Translations under genes and position numbers: made by a program
Shown: positions 1 through 14,205 of the stretch, piece by piece
Layout: each line of letters opens with the position of its first letter
How positions within the stretch are numbered: the first letter of the stretch is position 1
NCBI GenBank assembly: GCA_964016885.1
Contig: OZ024746.1
Coordinates: 85,684,001 to 85,748,000, forward strand
Reading direction: 5' to 3'
Length of the DNA: 64,000 nucleotides
Source of the DNA: Eledone cirrhosa
Lineage: Eukaryota
The notes under the pieces: generated by a model
The model's input: only the letters and a program-made list of their open reading frames with translations
Told to the model about the DNA's origin: nothing
Database searches by the model: none

Positions 1-34
1 ACAAAGCAGAGTATAAATATTTAATATAGAAAAG

Positions 35-37
<3 letters not shown>

Positions 38-97
<60 letters not shown>
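38..97. repeat. (TA)n microsatellite
   Basis: Direct dinucleotide run. Confidence 0.98.
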
Positions 98-99
<2 letters not shown>

Positions 100-1143
100 A
101 AGATGGTCTCTCCTGTCGATATCGATATATAAGTGTCCACCAGCTTTAGTTTAGTTCTAATTACTCCGTCTTGTTTTTTTTTAATTTAACTAATAATTGT
201 GTTCACCCTATTTACTATAGATTGTTTATTTACTATAAGAATAAATATAGATTGTTTGTTTAATATAAGAGTAAATATAGTGCAGTGTCGTTCAATATTT
301 AATTTAGGAAGAAAAGCTGAGCTAATACTATAAAGCGGCAAAATGGCGGATGGTTTCATCCGATTTTCTCCATAACGCTTCATATATTGAAAATGAATTT
401 TGTTGCTTGGAAACTGAATCTGCAACTGAGAATAGCCAATTAATTTTTATAATTATGGTGATTTACTAAATTTATTTTTGGAGGGCATTCATTCCATGAT
501 AATAAATATTGATAAACCTCTCGAAAATAATTAACGTCTTGTCTTGTACACATAACTGGAATATTATTCTTCATTAGCTTCACTTGTTGCAATAAAATTA
601 CTTGACTATAGCTGACAGACACAATAGACTTTTACAATATTATATAACGATTATTTGACACCAAGATGTAATATTAATTAGAAAATAGCCAGATTCCCCA
701 ATTTTGTAAACTTCATTCGCTATGCAAGCTCTTCAGAATCGCTATACGTCTGTTTTACAGTAATGTTAAAAAGCTCTTCACTTACCTTACATGAAACTAT
801 ATCCTCATTTTTGCTATTGAATGATAACTTTAACTTTGAACAAGTTTATAAAGTTCTTTCAGTCTCCACTGCATCTTGCATCATATTCGGATTGCAATTG
901 GTTTCTTTGCATCTCGTAATATTTTCTCTTTAAATATGTACATTAAAGAAAGCGATCTTTTATGTATAGGGCAGCGTTCTTCGTGGTGCAGATTATTACA
1001 CCGGGTCTCGTACTTATCGACTTTAGAACGACCAAAGATGAAAACAACTTGGGTGGCATTTGAACTGAAAATGTAAAAAAATGTTAGAACCAAATATATC
1101 AATGTTTTGTATTTCATTCAACTGCAACTGGCATCTAACTATT

Positions 1144-1246
1144 CACACACACACACACATACGCCCCCCTCCCAACACGCGCGCGCACGCACACACACAC
1201 GCATAAACACACAGATACACACACATAAACACATACACACACATTT

Positions 1247-1278
<32 letters not shown>

Positions 1279-1358
1279 TGTTATACTAAGGGAGAGTCAT
1301 ACAGCCAATAAATACAAAAACGAAGTAAACAGATAAATAAATAAATATATAAATATTG

Positions 1359-1455
<97 letters not shown>

Positions 1456-1478
1456 GCATATATATATATATGTATATA
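1144..1478. repeat. Compound (CA)n/(TA)n microsatellites
   Basis: Direct runs at 1144-1278 and 1358-1478. Confidence 0.95.
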
Positions 1479-1484
1479 TTCATT

Positions 1485-1690
1485 TACTCTTTTACTATTT
1501 TCAGTTATTGGACTGTGGCTATGTTGTGACATCGTCTTTAAGGCTATAATCAATTATATATTGACCCAATACATGACTGGTACTTATCGTATTGATCTCG
1601 AAAGAATGAAAGGCAAAGTCGATTAGATAAAAGGATGTAACCAAATATGACGAAGTATTTTGTCTGACGCTCTACTGATTTTACCATCCT
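1485..1690 (-). mobile_element. Decayed SINE fragment (main SINE family core)
   Basis: ACTGGTACTTATCG..GATCTCGAAAGAATGAAAGGCAAAGTCGA matches the reverse complement of the core in the fuller copies at 24801 and 40272. Confidence 0.75.
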
Positions 1691-2009
1691 TTACCTTTTC
1701 AGGAAGCCTACAGATTTACTGGTTGGACATAAACTACGAAATAACAACTTACTGCAGTAAAGCAGACATGAGAAAAAGTTGTGATGAAGTGAAGGCTTTG
1801 TTCTAGCTTCACCTTCCCAAGGGATTGGAGGAAACACGGTGACTTGGTGCATTCGGCGCCTAACCCAGGCTTCGTGTCACGTCAGTCGGAAGAGGGGAAA
1901 ATGCTAAATTATCGGTCGCTCTCCGATAGTTTTGTAGTCGAACCTGTAACAGCGGAGCCTTCCGGCGTTCTTGATCCTTGGACCACCTCCCTACTCACGA
2001 CTATCAAGG

Positions 2010-2011
<2 letters not shown>

Positions 2012-2073
<62 letters not shown>

Positions 2074-2078
2074 GAGAG
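2012..2078. repeat. (AG)n microsatellite
   Basis: Direct run. Confidence 0.97.
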
Positions 2079-2961
2079 GGGGTTAGACATTGAGTGAGAG
2101 AGAGAGAGAGAACACGTAAGTGAGAAAGAGAGAAACAGTGAGTGAGGAGTAGGCGAGAAAGAGATAGAGGTGGGGGCAGCTTATCTCTCATTCGTTTAAC
2201 GCTACGGGGACTGTATTAACTCTTTTGAATCGTAAAATGGGATTAGGTTTCGACTGACAGGTTTTATATGTTTATTGCATAATAACTGTGATTGGATTAT
2301 TATCACTTGTTTCTTAGTTTTATTTGACATTTCTCTGATGTTTCATGGCTTTTCCAGACGTTTTCATTGTTTTCTTGACGTCTTAAATAATTCAATGTTT
2401 TTAATTTTAAATTTAGTAGCTCCAATGATTGTTTTTGAAATATTACTGAAGCCTGAAACAAACAAAAAACAAAACAAAAAAGATATTTTTGTAATAATTA
2501 CTCGTTATATTTGAATATTTTTCTGTTTTAAGATCTAGTCGAGATGTAATAATATGAATATTTATATACGGAGTTATTTTTAGCTATTCATAGAAATTGT
2601 ATTTTTCTGTAAACTGGAGATTACTGTAATTATGCGTGTATCTGGTCTCACAAATGCCAAATTAAAGAGCTTCTACTGAATTTATATTCATTGATATTTA
2701 ACTGGATTAAAATGTAAAATAACAATAAAATCGATACAGAATCATTATGGTGGAATCAATTATTAGATGTTGTCTTTATAAATTTATGTTCAATAGTTGT
2801 ATGGTTCTGTTTCCGTCATCGATGTTGTTTTATGTCCAGTGTTCATTTCTAAAATTCTAAATACTTATTAGCTGGGTTCACCCAAGGCTTTAACGCAAAA
2901 GAGAAGTTTGAATTTGGTGCTATAGACTAAAGAAATAAACAAGTCAGAGGTAGCCGTTACG

Positions 2962-3147
2962 TGTCACTCGACTTGCTAGAAATATCAGCCAAATTCCCAT
3001 CAAAACACGCCCTAACATCCCATAGAGATGAAGACATATTGGAGGATAACGAAGTCTTATATATATTATGTCTGAATTAAAGACGAGGTAGTGACAGCTA
3101 GGACATGGATTGTTCGATCATGGCTGATCTGAAGCTAAACAACAACA
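2962..3147 (+). mobile_element. Interspersed repeat family D copy
   Basis: CACTCGACTTGCTAGAAATA..AGCC head and GATCA..GCTAAACAACAAC end; these motifs recur at about 10190, 22130, 43360-45200 and 61800. Confidence 0.7.
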
Positions 3148-3384
3148 AATAAGCAGGATTATAAATGAAAATCGGTAACGTTTTTCTCACTGTTCAGGGA
3201 AGAAGAAAGAATAGTGTCTATGTTGTTGACCTCCAGGACTATTGAAATCAATATGGCTGTTTACTTTAAACCATCTTTAAGTCGACGTCAGCCGGATAAA
3301 CGTGAACAGGAAGAGAATTCCAGAGAATATATAACCGAGAATAGAAAATCGATTCTCAACTCTTATCACCCCGTGAAGCTTACT

Positions 3385-4615
3385 TCTTCACATGTCGGGT
3401 GCACCTTTATCTCTCACATCATTATCTCTCACATCTTCATCTCTCACACCTTCATCTCTCACATCATTATCTCTCACATCTTCAACTCTCCCATCTTCAT
3501 CTCTCACATATTTATCACTCACATCATTATCTCCCATATCTTCATCTCTCATATCTTCTGTCACATCTTCATCTCTCACAATATTTTATCTTCATCTGTC
3601 ATATCTTCATCTGTCATATCTTCATCTTTCATATCTTCATCTGTCATATCTTCATCTGTCATATCTTCATCTTTCATATCTTCAGCTGTCGTATCTTTAT
3701 ATTTCACATATTTATCTCTCACATTATTAACTGTTATATCTTCATTTGTCATATCTTCATCTGTCACATCTTCGTGTCATATCTTCATCTGTCACATCTT
3801 CGTGTCATATCTTCATCTGTCACATCTTCGTGTCATATCTTCATCTGTCACATCTTCGTGTCATATCTTCATCTGTCACATCTTCGTGTCATATCTTCAT
3901 CTGTCACATCTTCGTGTCTTATCTTCATTTGTCATATCTTCATCTGTCATATCTTCGTGTCATATCTTCATCTGTCACATCTTCGTGTCATATCTTCATC
4001 TGTCAATCTTCGTGTCATATCTTCATCTGTCACATCTTCGTGTCTTAACTTCATCTGTCTTATCTTCATCTGTCACATCTTCGTGTCTTATCTTCATCTG
4101 TCATATCTTCATCTGTCATATCTTCATCTGTCATATCTCCATCTGTCATATCTCCATCTGTCATATCTTCATCTGTCATATCTTCATCTTTCATACCTTC
4201 ATCTGTCGTATCTTCATCTCTCACATATTTATCTCTCACATGTTTATCTCTCACATTAACATCTGTCACATTTTCATCTGTCACATATTTATCTCTCACA
4301 TTAACATCTGTCACATTTTCATCTGTCACATATTTATCTCTCACATTATCATCTGTTACATTTTCATCTCTCCCATCTTTACCTCTCACACATTTATCCC
4401 TCACGTCATTATCTGTCACATCTTTATATCTCTCATATTTATCTGTCACATATTTATCTCTCACATTTTCATCTGTCACGTCTTCGTCTCTATCATCTTT
4501 ATGTATCACATCTGCATCAACCACATCTTCATTTATCATATCTTCATCTGATACATCATCTATCTTATCTTCGTCTGTTACATTTTGTCTGTCATATTTT
4601 CATCCGCCATATCTT
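3385..4615. repeat. 15-bp minisatellite (CATATCTTCATCTGT) with a central 27-bp (15+12) variant block
   Basis: Tandem units visible directly; produces the SHIFI/CHIFI pseudo-ORFs. Confidence 0.95.
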
Positions 4616-5324
4616 CCAGTGCTACATTAACAGAAATGTTAGAGCCCCAGGGACTAAACATCTTGTAGTACATAGTTAAGTGCTGTTCGGTGGGTTTTTC
4701 ATTCTAACTTAAACTCTGTCGGGATTAACTTTCCCTCTCATTTTTCCGAGGTTGATTTAAAAAAAAGGTGGCCGTTTATTTTGACTCGTATATTCTTTAT
4801 ATATTTTTATAGCTTAATCGCATTAGGAAGGGTGTCACCCACGGATCATTTTAGAGCTTCCGAGACTGGTGGAAGTAAATTATTCTCAGACATAGCCTGA
4901 ATGCTTGTAACAAAGTGGACTCTGATAAACACATTCATACCATAGGTCAAGTGGGGTTATTTATCCGGGTATTAAGTACTGTACTGGGATCGATTTAACT
5001 GATTTCTCTCTTCACATAAATGTATAAATCTTATACCAATGTTAGAAATCAATATTAATTTCTTTTTGTCGCCAATATTTATTCTGGGATCAATTTTGCC
5101 ATTTATATCTCCAGGATCTTGCAATGGTTGTCTCACGAGTGCGAAGACATACCTCGCTGATAATCCCTGTTAAATCATTCTATGAAAGAAGTCACTGAAA
5201 GTAAGATGGGGTTGTCACAAATGGAATACTTTTGATCATAGGTCTGTCTGTTGGATTACGGCTTTTGTTAAAAATTGGTTTCATCTGAAGTGAAAAAAAC
5301 TGCGCTTATGGCTTTGACTCTGCT

Positions 5325-5415
5325 TATTGAGTTCAAATCCCACCGAGGTCAACTTTGCTTTTCATTTTTCCGAGATCAATAAATAAAATACCAGTCAAAT
5401 ATTGGAGTTGATTCT
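5325..5415 (+). mobile_element. SINE fragment with B-box
   Basis: GAGTTCAAATCCCACCGAGGTCAACTTTGCTTTTCAT core. Confidence 0.8.
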
Positions 5416-5567
5416 TCTTCTCTTTCCCCACTGTACCGTGAAAGGGTTGTGGGGACCACTGACGGTGTTCCATGCTTCCAAGAAAGGGACAAAGATTGAG
5501 CAAGGCGTTAGCCAACCCCCTAGCACGCTACCCATTTTCTTTCTTAAATTTTATCTCTTTCGCTTTT

Positions 5568-5572
5568 TCTTC

Positions 5573-5647
<75 letters not shown>

Positions 5648-5650
5648 TCA
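5568..5650. repeat. (TTTC)n microsatellite
   Basis: Direct run; a second run lies at 5858-5897. Confidence 0.95.
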
Positions 5651-5854
5651 TTCCTTTCCTTTATATTCTCATTTACTGTCAGGATTCTCATTCCTTCTTT
5701 GTTTCTACATTCTTCGTCTCTTTCCTCCTCTTCTTTTATCCTGACATTCGCTATTTCTTTGTGAGTTTTTTTTTCATTTTTCATTTTTTTTTGCTTCATA
5801 ATCCTCCCCCATTCCCATCACCTAGTTTCCTTCTTTAGTCTACGATTTTTGTAA

Positions 5855-5898
<44 letters not shown>

Positions 5899-6332
5899 TT
5901 ATATATTGTCATTCGCCATATTGTCTTTCTTTCTCCTCGTTTCTCCTTCTCTTCTTTGATATATTTGCTCCTTCACTCACATTTTCATCTTTATTCTACA
6001 ACTATGTTCTCCTTCGTTATTCTTTCTTTCATTTTCTCAGTCACAATATTCTCTTTTTTCTTCCTCATTTCTCCTTCTTTTTCCGTTATACATCTGACCC
6101 CACCACCACCACCACCACCACCACCTCTTTATTGTACAATTTTTGTCTCTGTCTTTCGTTTTTATCCTCTCATTCACCATGTTGCTTTTCTTTCTCTTCA
6201 TTTCTTCTTCTTTAATCCTTTATGTATCTCCACCCACGCCCACCACAACCACACTTTCATTCTTCATCCTACGACTTTTGTCATTTCTTTCTTTCCTTTC
6301 CCATCCAGCTTTCTTTTATCTATCTATCTATC

Positions 6333-6395
6333 ATGTAAACTTCCCCCTTTGTATTTGTCCCCTTCTTTTGTGCCCTCGTGGCAAATAAATAGAAA
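6333..6395 (+). mobile_element. Extreme 3' end of L1/Tx1-like LINE inside a (TATC)n tract
   Basis: TTTGTCCCCTTCTTTTGTGCCCTCGTGGCAAATAAA..GAAA matches the 3' ends at about 19785-19825 and 20157-20196; TATC repeats on both sides. Confidence 0.8.
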
Positions 6396-6432
6396 TCTAT
6401 CTATCTATCTATCTTTCTTTCTCCCCCCTCTC

Positions 6433-6471
<39 letters not shown>

Positions 6472-6688
6472 ATCTATCTTCTCTTTTTCTTCTTTTATTT
6501 TCTCATTCGTTATTTTGCTGTCTATGCCCCCCTCCTCCTCCTCCTCCTCCTCCTCCTGCTATTTTCTTGTCATTCTCTCTTTTTTTCTTGCACGTTTCCT
6601 CGATTCTCCTTTTTCTTTCTTTCTTTCGTTTGTTTCTCTTTTTGTTTTGTCTTTTTTCACCTCCCCCCTTTATTGTTGTAGTTTTTTT

Positions 6689-7215
6689 CATCATCATCAT
6701 CACAATCACCACCATCACCAACAACAACACAACTATCACCACCGTCATCACCACCGCCGCCGCCGCCACCACCACCACCACCACTATCAATACAACTATC
6801 ACCACTGCCATCACCGCCACCAGCATCATCATCACAATTACCGCCACCACCACCACCACCGCCACCGCGACCGCCACCACCACCACCACCACCACCACCA
6901 CCACCACCGCCACCACCGCCACCGCGACCGCCACCACCACCACCACCACCATCACCGCCACCACCACCAGCATCATCATCACCATCACCACCACCACCAC
7001 CACCACCACTGCCACCACCACCACCGCGATCACCGCCACCACCGCCACCACCACCACCACCGCGATCACCGCCACCACCACCATCACCACCACCACCACC
7101 ACCACCGCCACCACCGCCACCACCACCATCACCACCACCACCACCACCACCGCCGCCACCACCACCACCACCACCACCACCACCGCCACCAACACCACCT
7201 CCACCACCACCACCA

Positions 7216-7247
<32 letters not shown>

Positions 7248-7300
7248 ACCACCACCACCACCACCACCACCACCACCACCACCACCACCGCCGCCACCAC

Positions 7301-7352
<52 letters not shown>

Positions 7353-7445
7353 GCCACCACCACCACCACCACCACCACCACCACCACCACCACCACCACC
7401 ACCACCACCACCATCATCGTCACTACCACGACCACCATCATCATT
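6689..7445. repeat. (CAC)/(CGC)/(CAT) trinucleotide repeat tract
   Basis: Direct; source of the poly-His/Thr/Gly/Val pseudo-ORFs. Confidence 0.97.
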
Positions 7446-7554
7446 AACGTGATCATTTTTCTTCATCTCCTCCACCTTCTTCATGTGTCTGAATTATCAT
7501 CATCACCGTCGTAATCACCATCGTCGACATCATCAACACCGTTACCCTTTGTGC

Positions 7555-7710
7555 TCTTCTTCTTTTTTTTCTTCTTCTTCTTCTTCTTCTTCTTCTTCTT
7601 CTTCTTCTTCTTCTTCTTCTTCTTTTTTTTCTTCTTTTTCTTTTTCTTCTTTTTCTTCTTTTTCTTCTTCTTCTTCTTCTTCTTCTTCTTCTTCTTCTTC
7701 TTCTTCTTCT
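7555..7710. repeat. (TTC)n microsatellite
   Basis: Direct run. Confidence 0.97.
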
Positions 7711-7837
7711 ATTATTATCATTACTGCTGTTGTTGTTATTTTTATTACCCCTCCATCATTATCCCATCTCCCTTTCCGATACTGATTAATCACGCAATCA
7801 ATACAGACGGCTTATACTACTTTCCTCTCCATCACCC

Positions 7838-8308
7838 CGCCACCACCACCACCACCACCACCACCACAACCACCGCCGCCGTCGCCGTCGCCGTCGCCAC
7901 CACCACCACCACCACCATGCCGCCGCCATCGCCGCCACCACCACCACCAACACCACCACCGCCGCCATCGCCACCACCACCACCACCACCACCACCACTA
8001 CCAACACCACAACCACCACCACCACCACCACTACCAACACAACCACCACCACCACCACCACCACCACCACCACCACCACCACCACTACCAACACCACCAC
8101 CACCACTACCAACACCACAACCACCACCACCACCACCACTACCAACACAACCACCACCACCACCACCACTACCAACACCACCACCACCACCACCACCACC
8201 ACCACTACCAACACAACCACCACCACCACCACCACTACCAACACAACCACCACCACCACCAACATCACCACCACCACTACCACCACCACCACCACCACCA
8301 CCACCACC
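7838..8308. repeat. (CAC)n tract with recurring ACTACCAACAC interruptions
   Basis: Direct. Confidence 0.95.
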
Positions 8309-8572
8309 TCTGTCTTCAATGCTGTTTCTCTCTTTTCTTGCTCCATTGCTTCTTTCTTACTCTTTCAGTCTCACTTCACCCCCCCCCCCTCTCTTTCTAC
8401 AACATTCTGCCTTTCTATTACTTCCTCTTTTCATTGTCAGCTCACGTTCTCTCTTTACCCCCCCCCCCTCTCATTCAGTTTCCCCATCACACTTCTTACT
8501 CTCCTAACTCTTCCTCCATCTCTCATCAGAATCCCTTTCATCCATTAGGGTGGAGAGACAGACATTTTATAC

Positions 8573-8600
8573 TATAATATATATATATATATACATAAAT

Positions 8601-8640
<40 letters not shown>

Positions 8641-8708
8641 GCAGAGAGAGAAAAGGGAGGAGAGACAGACACACATGGCCACAAACGGAGAGGGAAGGAA
8701 GGAAAGTG

Positions 8709-8767
<59 letters not shown>

Positions 8768-8935
8768 GAGAGAGCATGAGGATGAATGCTAGTTGCTAAC
8801 TGCTAGTTGCAGTCGTACCGTTTAGAATAGCTACCGAAGCGACATCTATCCCTTAACGTAAAATACCACTCACATGCATCAACACAGGTCGATGCACTCA
8901 CCTATTTTTGTGCGTGTATATATATATATATATAT

Positions 8936-8966
<31 letters not shown>

Positions 8967-9000
8967 CACACACACATACACACATATATATATATAGATA

Positions 9001-9045
<45 letters not shown>

Positions 9046-9371
9046 ACAGACATGCATGCATGATGCATGTCTATTGCACATTAACCGTCATTGTTTATAC
9101 TTATTACAATCTCTGCAGTAGATGCACTTCTGTCGCTCGGATCGATATTTATTATTTACACACATTTTCGACACACATATACGTGCAAACACACGCCTTA
9201 GCATGATGCGTGCATAAACAAACACACACACACGCACACACACACACACATGAACATGTATGCATATATGCGTGCGTGCGCAAATGCACACACATACATA
9301 TATCTATTATTTTATACTCTTTTATAGTATTTTCTACACACATGCACACACAAACACACACACAAACACAG

Positions 9372-9443
<72 letters not shown>

Positions 9444-9677
9444 CACGCGTACGCCCTCGAGCGTGCACACGCACACACATATACACAGAAGCATTATTTC
9501 ATACTCTTCCTTACACTTCTTTTGCATACACACGCACACGTACACGCACACACACACACACGAATATATAAGCTCATATACACACGCATTAACACGACGC
9601 CTTGTATAATTATACTTCTTATGCAAACAATTAACAAACACACACACACAGAGAAACACACACACACACACACACAG

Positions 9678-9712
<35 letters not shown>

Positions 9713-9790
9713 CACAAAAAAACACACATACACACACACACCCACGCACATATATATATATATATACACACAAAAACACACATACACATG
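8573..9790. repeat. Cluster of (TA)n, (CA)n and (AG)n microsatellites
   Basis: Direct. Confidence 0.9.
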
Positions 9791-9884
9791 TACACATTTG
9801 ACAGTCGTTTTCATGAATACACGCAATCACACATAGATTGGCCTCATGCACGCATTTCTAACATACTCACGCACAAAAACAATA

Positions 9885-10098
9885 ACTACTACTACTATTA
9901 CTACTACCACCGCCGCCACCACCACCACCGCAACCACCACCACCACCACCACCACCGCCACCACCACCACCACCACCACCACCACCTCCATCTTTATTAG
10001 AAAGACTGCAGCCGCCACCGTTTCCATCACCACCAACACCTTACTACAGCTAACATTACCAGTGCCATCACTATCATCACCACCCTCACCCCCCACTA

Positions 10099-10162
<64 letters not shown>

Positions 10163-10165
10163 CAT
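9885..10165. repeat. (TAC)n/(CAC)n tracts
   Basis: Direct. Confidence 0.93.
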
Positions 10166-10537
10166 CAAGCTATCTGCATCATCATAATTGGATAATTTAG
10201 CCCTCTAGATACTCTTAAAAAGATGGAGTAGTCCTGACTGGAATACTTTTTATCATAGGTTTGCTTAACCACGACTGACCAAGGGCTAAACGACAATAGA
10301 TCTCCTGGCCCCCATTACCACCTCTACTATCATCAAGTTGATTTAATCGTGTCCACCCTTCCCCATATGTGTGGACCTGTGCCTGGACCGTAAGCGGGTT
10401 TGGGTCGCCGTTTTTTTAAGGCTGCAACCCTGGATCAAGTGAAGACCAGGATTGGCCACATGGCGTATGGAATATCACCAAGCATTCAGAGTTCTTTATC
10501 ACGTCGAGCAATGTGGTGGGTGATACGTCAACCCTTG

Positions 10538-10869
10538 CAGAGGTTATCAAAGAGGGCTCTACCGCCCCCGGGGGGCATTGAGAAGATCCAGGGGAAGCGT
10601 TGGTGCCTAAGGGGGCGGTAGAGGCGATATAATAGTATATTAGATATCAAATGATACATATATATATATAGTAAAATAAAAAATATATAATATTTATTTA
10701 TACATAGTATATATAATATTATTTATTATATATAAATTGACGATTTTTTAAATTATATATTATTTACAATTTACGTGAAGGTAGGTCTCTCTGGAAATAG
10801 GGGTGGGGGAGCTGAGGGTATTATGTGGCCGCGAGGGGGGCGGTGCCCCCAAAAGCTGCAGAACCTCCG
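10538..10869. mobile_element. Non-autonomous hAT-like MITE
   Basis: Imperfect termini CAGAGGTTATCAAA ... TGCAGAACCTCCG, GC-rich subterminal ACCGCCCCC/GGGGGCGGT motifs, AT-rich centre; no clear 8-bp TSD. Confidence 0.6.
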
Positions 10870-10894
10870 CTATAGAAGATTGATTAGTAGTGGA

Positions 10895-11460
10895 TAAGAG
10901 CGAGAAAGTTCTCGAGGATACACTGGTGCCGACCTTTATCAACTAAAAAGTTCATCCCTGAAGATTTTCAGTCCTGAGATTATAGACAACTTCCAGAATT
11001 CCCTAGCCGGGCAGTGTAATATGAAGGAGGTGCCTTATCGGAATAAACTCTAATAACACGGGAGTGCCTTTAGTTGGGCCTATTGAAGATGTGCACAGAG
11101 CGATGAAATTATTCTTCACGCACTTGTTCAGTATCCGAACATTGCTGACATGTGGAGTTTTGTTGAACAGCTAGCTATTATCTTTGTAGGACAGATTCAG
11201 CTAACATCTAAGTCCATTTTATAGATCACCCCGTCACCTTTCTGTGGCTAGCCAGCACAAACAGTTTTCCTCTGTATGGTAGCCATGGCAAAAAAGGATG
11301 TATGGTGGACAACACTGAAAGATCTGAGGATAGACACTTTTCTCTTCGGCCAGAATTTCAGTAACTTCGTTAGGTTCCACTTGGTGATGGAAGTACTGCC
11401 CTTCATATGCTGAAAGATGAGAGAGTGGTGAGAATAACCCGAGTGAAAGGGAACACTCTT
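10895..11460 (+). pseudogene. Decayed L1/Tx1-clade ORF2 C-terminus (zf-RVT/CCHC region)
   Basis: Manual translation PEIIDNFQNSLAGQC..VPYRNKL* and CAQSDEIILHALVQYPNIADMWSFVEQL; homologous to PMDNFQKSLAWQCYRGALPVRDKL at about 20080. Confidence 0.75.
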
Positions 11461-11629
11461 AGAGTGAGAATGGCTCTCAACTATTTCTTCACCGCGAAAC
11501 ACGAAGATTGTATTATCAGAGCTAAGGCACTTGCTCTAAAGCACGGGGGATGAAATCCATTCACTGAGCACGGATGGCGTAAGTCCAACGCGGCAGTAAA
11601 TCCACGATTCAGTCGTTGACGGACTCGGA

Positions 11630-11810
11630 TGCAAGATTTTGGCTAAGCTGTTAGCAAAGGGATAGGAACTTTTAGTCGAGAGTTTGGTAGGGAAAATGCA
11701 AACCTGTGCGATCCACGACAACCTTCACCTCATCTGATACATCATAGAAAGTGTAGATAAGAAAACTGGCTTTAGTGGGATTCTAGCCAATTTGGGTGAA
11801 CTTTCGATAG
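11630..11810 (+). pseudogene. Decayed L1/Tx1-clade reverse transcriptase fragment (N-terminal RT motifs)
   Basis: Manual translation CKILAKLLAKG*ELLVESLVGKMQTCAIHDNLHLI*YIIE..GILANL, matching the KILAKxLAxRL...QT...IxDN pattern. Confidence 0.8.
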
Positions 11811-12220
11811 TATTTTGTTTTCCGGAGTTGGACCGCAGCAATGCATTTATTTTTTCTAACATCTTTATGCATTTCGTGTCAAAACTGCTTTTAATTCGCT
11901 GAAAACAACCCAATGTATTTTAAACAGGTATGATACAATTTCTAGATAAGTGCACCTCTATTTGTATCGCAGTGAATTACACCTAATTAGAACGTTTTTC
12001 GATATGGTAAGTTTTATAAATATTCTAGAAAACAAATATTTTTATGGTAATTGGGCTTTAAGCATTGAAATTAATATCTGCTTTTGTGATTAAGATTGAT
12101 TTTTTATATGAAGCAGTGATTAATTTTTCAGTTGAACGCGTTAACTTGTTTAAAATAGCTGGGTAAGTCCAGGATTCAAAAACTAATACACGAACAAGAA
12201 AATAGAGTTTTCATCCAAAA

Positions 12221-12992
12221 ATTTGAGAAATGTTTCACCCTTACTGCTACGGTGAAAAAGCGGCGTGTCTTAGAAGTCATAAGAGCATTGGCCAGTAATT
12301 TAAAGCCTCGATATGAATATAAAGATAAAAAATTTCCTACTCAATCGGAACTGCGAAGAAATAAAAACAAATATTAAAACCTTAACTCAATTCAACAGAA
12401 TAGCCTATTCTCCCTTTGAAGCAAAGAGATTTGACTTCTGTAGCTAACTTTATTATAGTTTGGAATATTGCTTGAAGTCAACTTTGTTACAGTCATGAGG
12501 AATTTGTAAAGAAAAGAATTAGTAATATTATTGTAATTCTCGCTCCAGGGAATTTTAAAATTCAACGAACAATACAACAAATTACTCTGTTCGGCCACGT
12601 TAACCATAATCGTGTTTCTGAAATTTGCGCTACAATCACGTGTTCACCGCAAACTGACGTGAAAACCAACGTTGCTTTCAGCTTAACATAGCATAATCTA
12701 CAGATATTCAAGACACCCACCATCTAGCTATATTTGTTATGTTAAAAACGGTGGAAATGTAAAAGAAGGTTTCTTAGATTTGATAAGTTTAAAGGAAACA
12801 AGGAGAGGTATTGGCATTAGAAATGCACTCGACAAAACATTATGGAATGATAAAAAATGTTTATACAAGACTGTATAAACATGATCGTATTGCAACAGAC
12901 TTAGCACCAACTCTAGCAAGTCAAAATAGTGGCCTAGATTGGCCCTTCATACAAGATCACGACTATCCTGAATATCTTTTTATTCATTTTAT

Positions 12993-12995
<3 letters not shown>
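12221..12995 (+). pseudogene. Decayed hAT transposase (SPIN/Buster/GTF2IRD2-like)
   Basis: Frameshifted segments NFIIVWNIA*..YSHEEFVKK, STDIQDTHHLAIFV, VKEGFLDLISLKETRRGIGIRNALDKTL and IATDLAPTLASQNSGL...YPEYLFIHFIH (DESTD, TDGAP and HCIIH equivalents). Confidence 0.85.
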
Positions 12996-13031
<36 letters not shown>

Positions 13032-13062
13032 TATAAATATATGGCATAACACATTGAAATTA

Positions 13063-13122
<60 letters not shown>

Positions 13123-13130
13123 TATATATA

Positions 13131-13271
13131 TAGATATATAGATATAATGATAAACTTAAGGAAATTAACAACAAAGAGAAGACAAGACAATGAACGTTGC
13201 CTTGTTTTCGTTCGTTGACTTGTCCTCTCTTTATTAATTTTCCCTAATTTATCATTATATCTATATATCTA
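13131..13271. repeat. Imperfect palindrome (about 65-bp arms) embedded in (TA)n
   Basis: 13131-13196 is an approximate reverse complement of 13209-13271. Confidence 0.85.

Positions 13272-14202
<931 letters not shown>

Positions 14203-14205
<3 letters not shown>

Noticed and set aside
700-740. Minus-strand hammerhead-like CTGAAGA-GCT..AGC-GAAT
   Set aside because: GAAA box broken, no convincing stem I/III, no second copy
1703-2008. Possible exon (TTTTCAG acceptor, GC-richer sequence)
   Set aside because: No convincing donor or recognisable protein; the frame runs into (AG)n
6503-8507. Poly-His/Gly/Pro/Thr/Val ORFs as mucin- or extensin-like genes
   Set aside because: Trinucleotide repeats open in several frames on both strands, with no unique coding context
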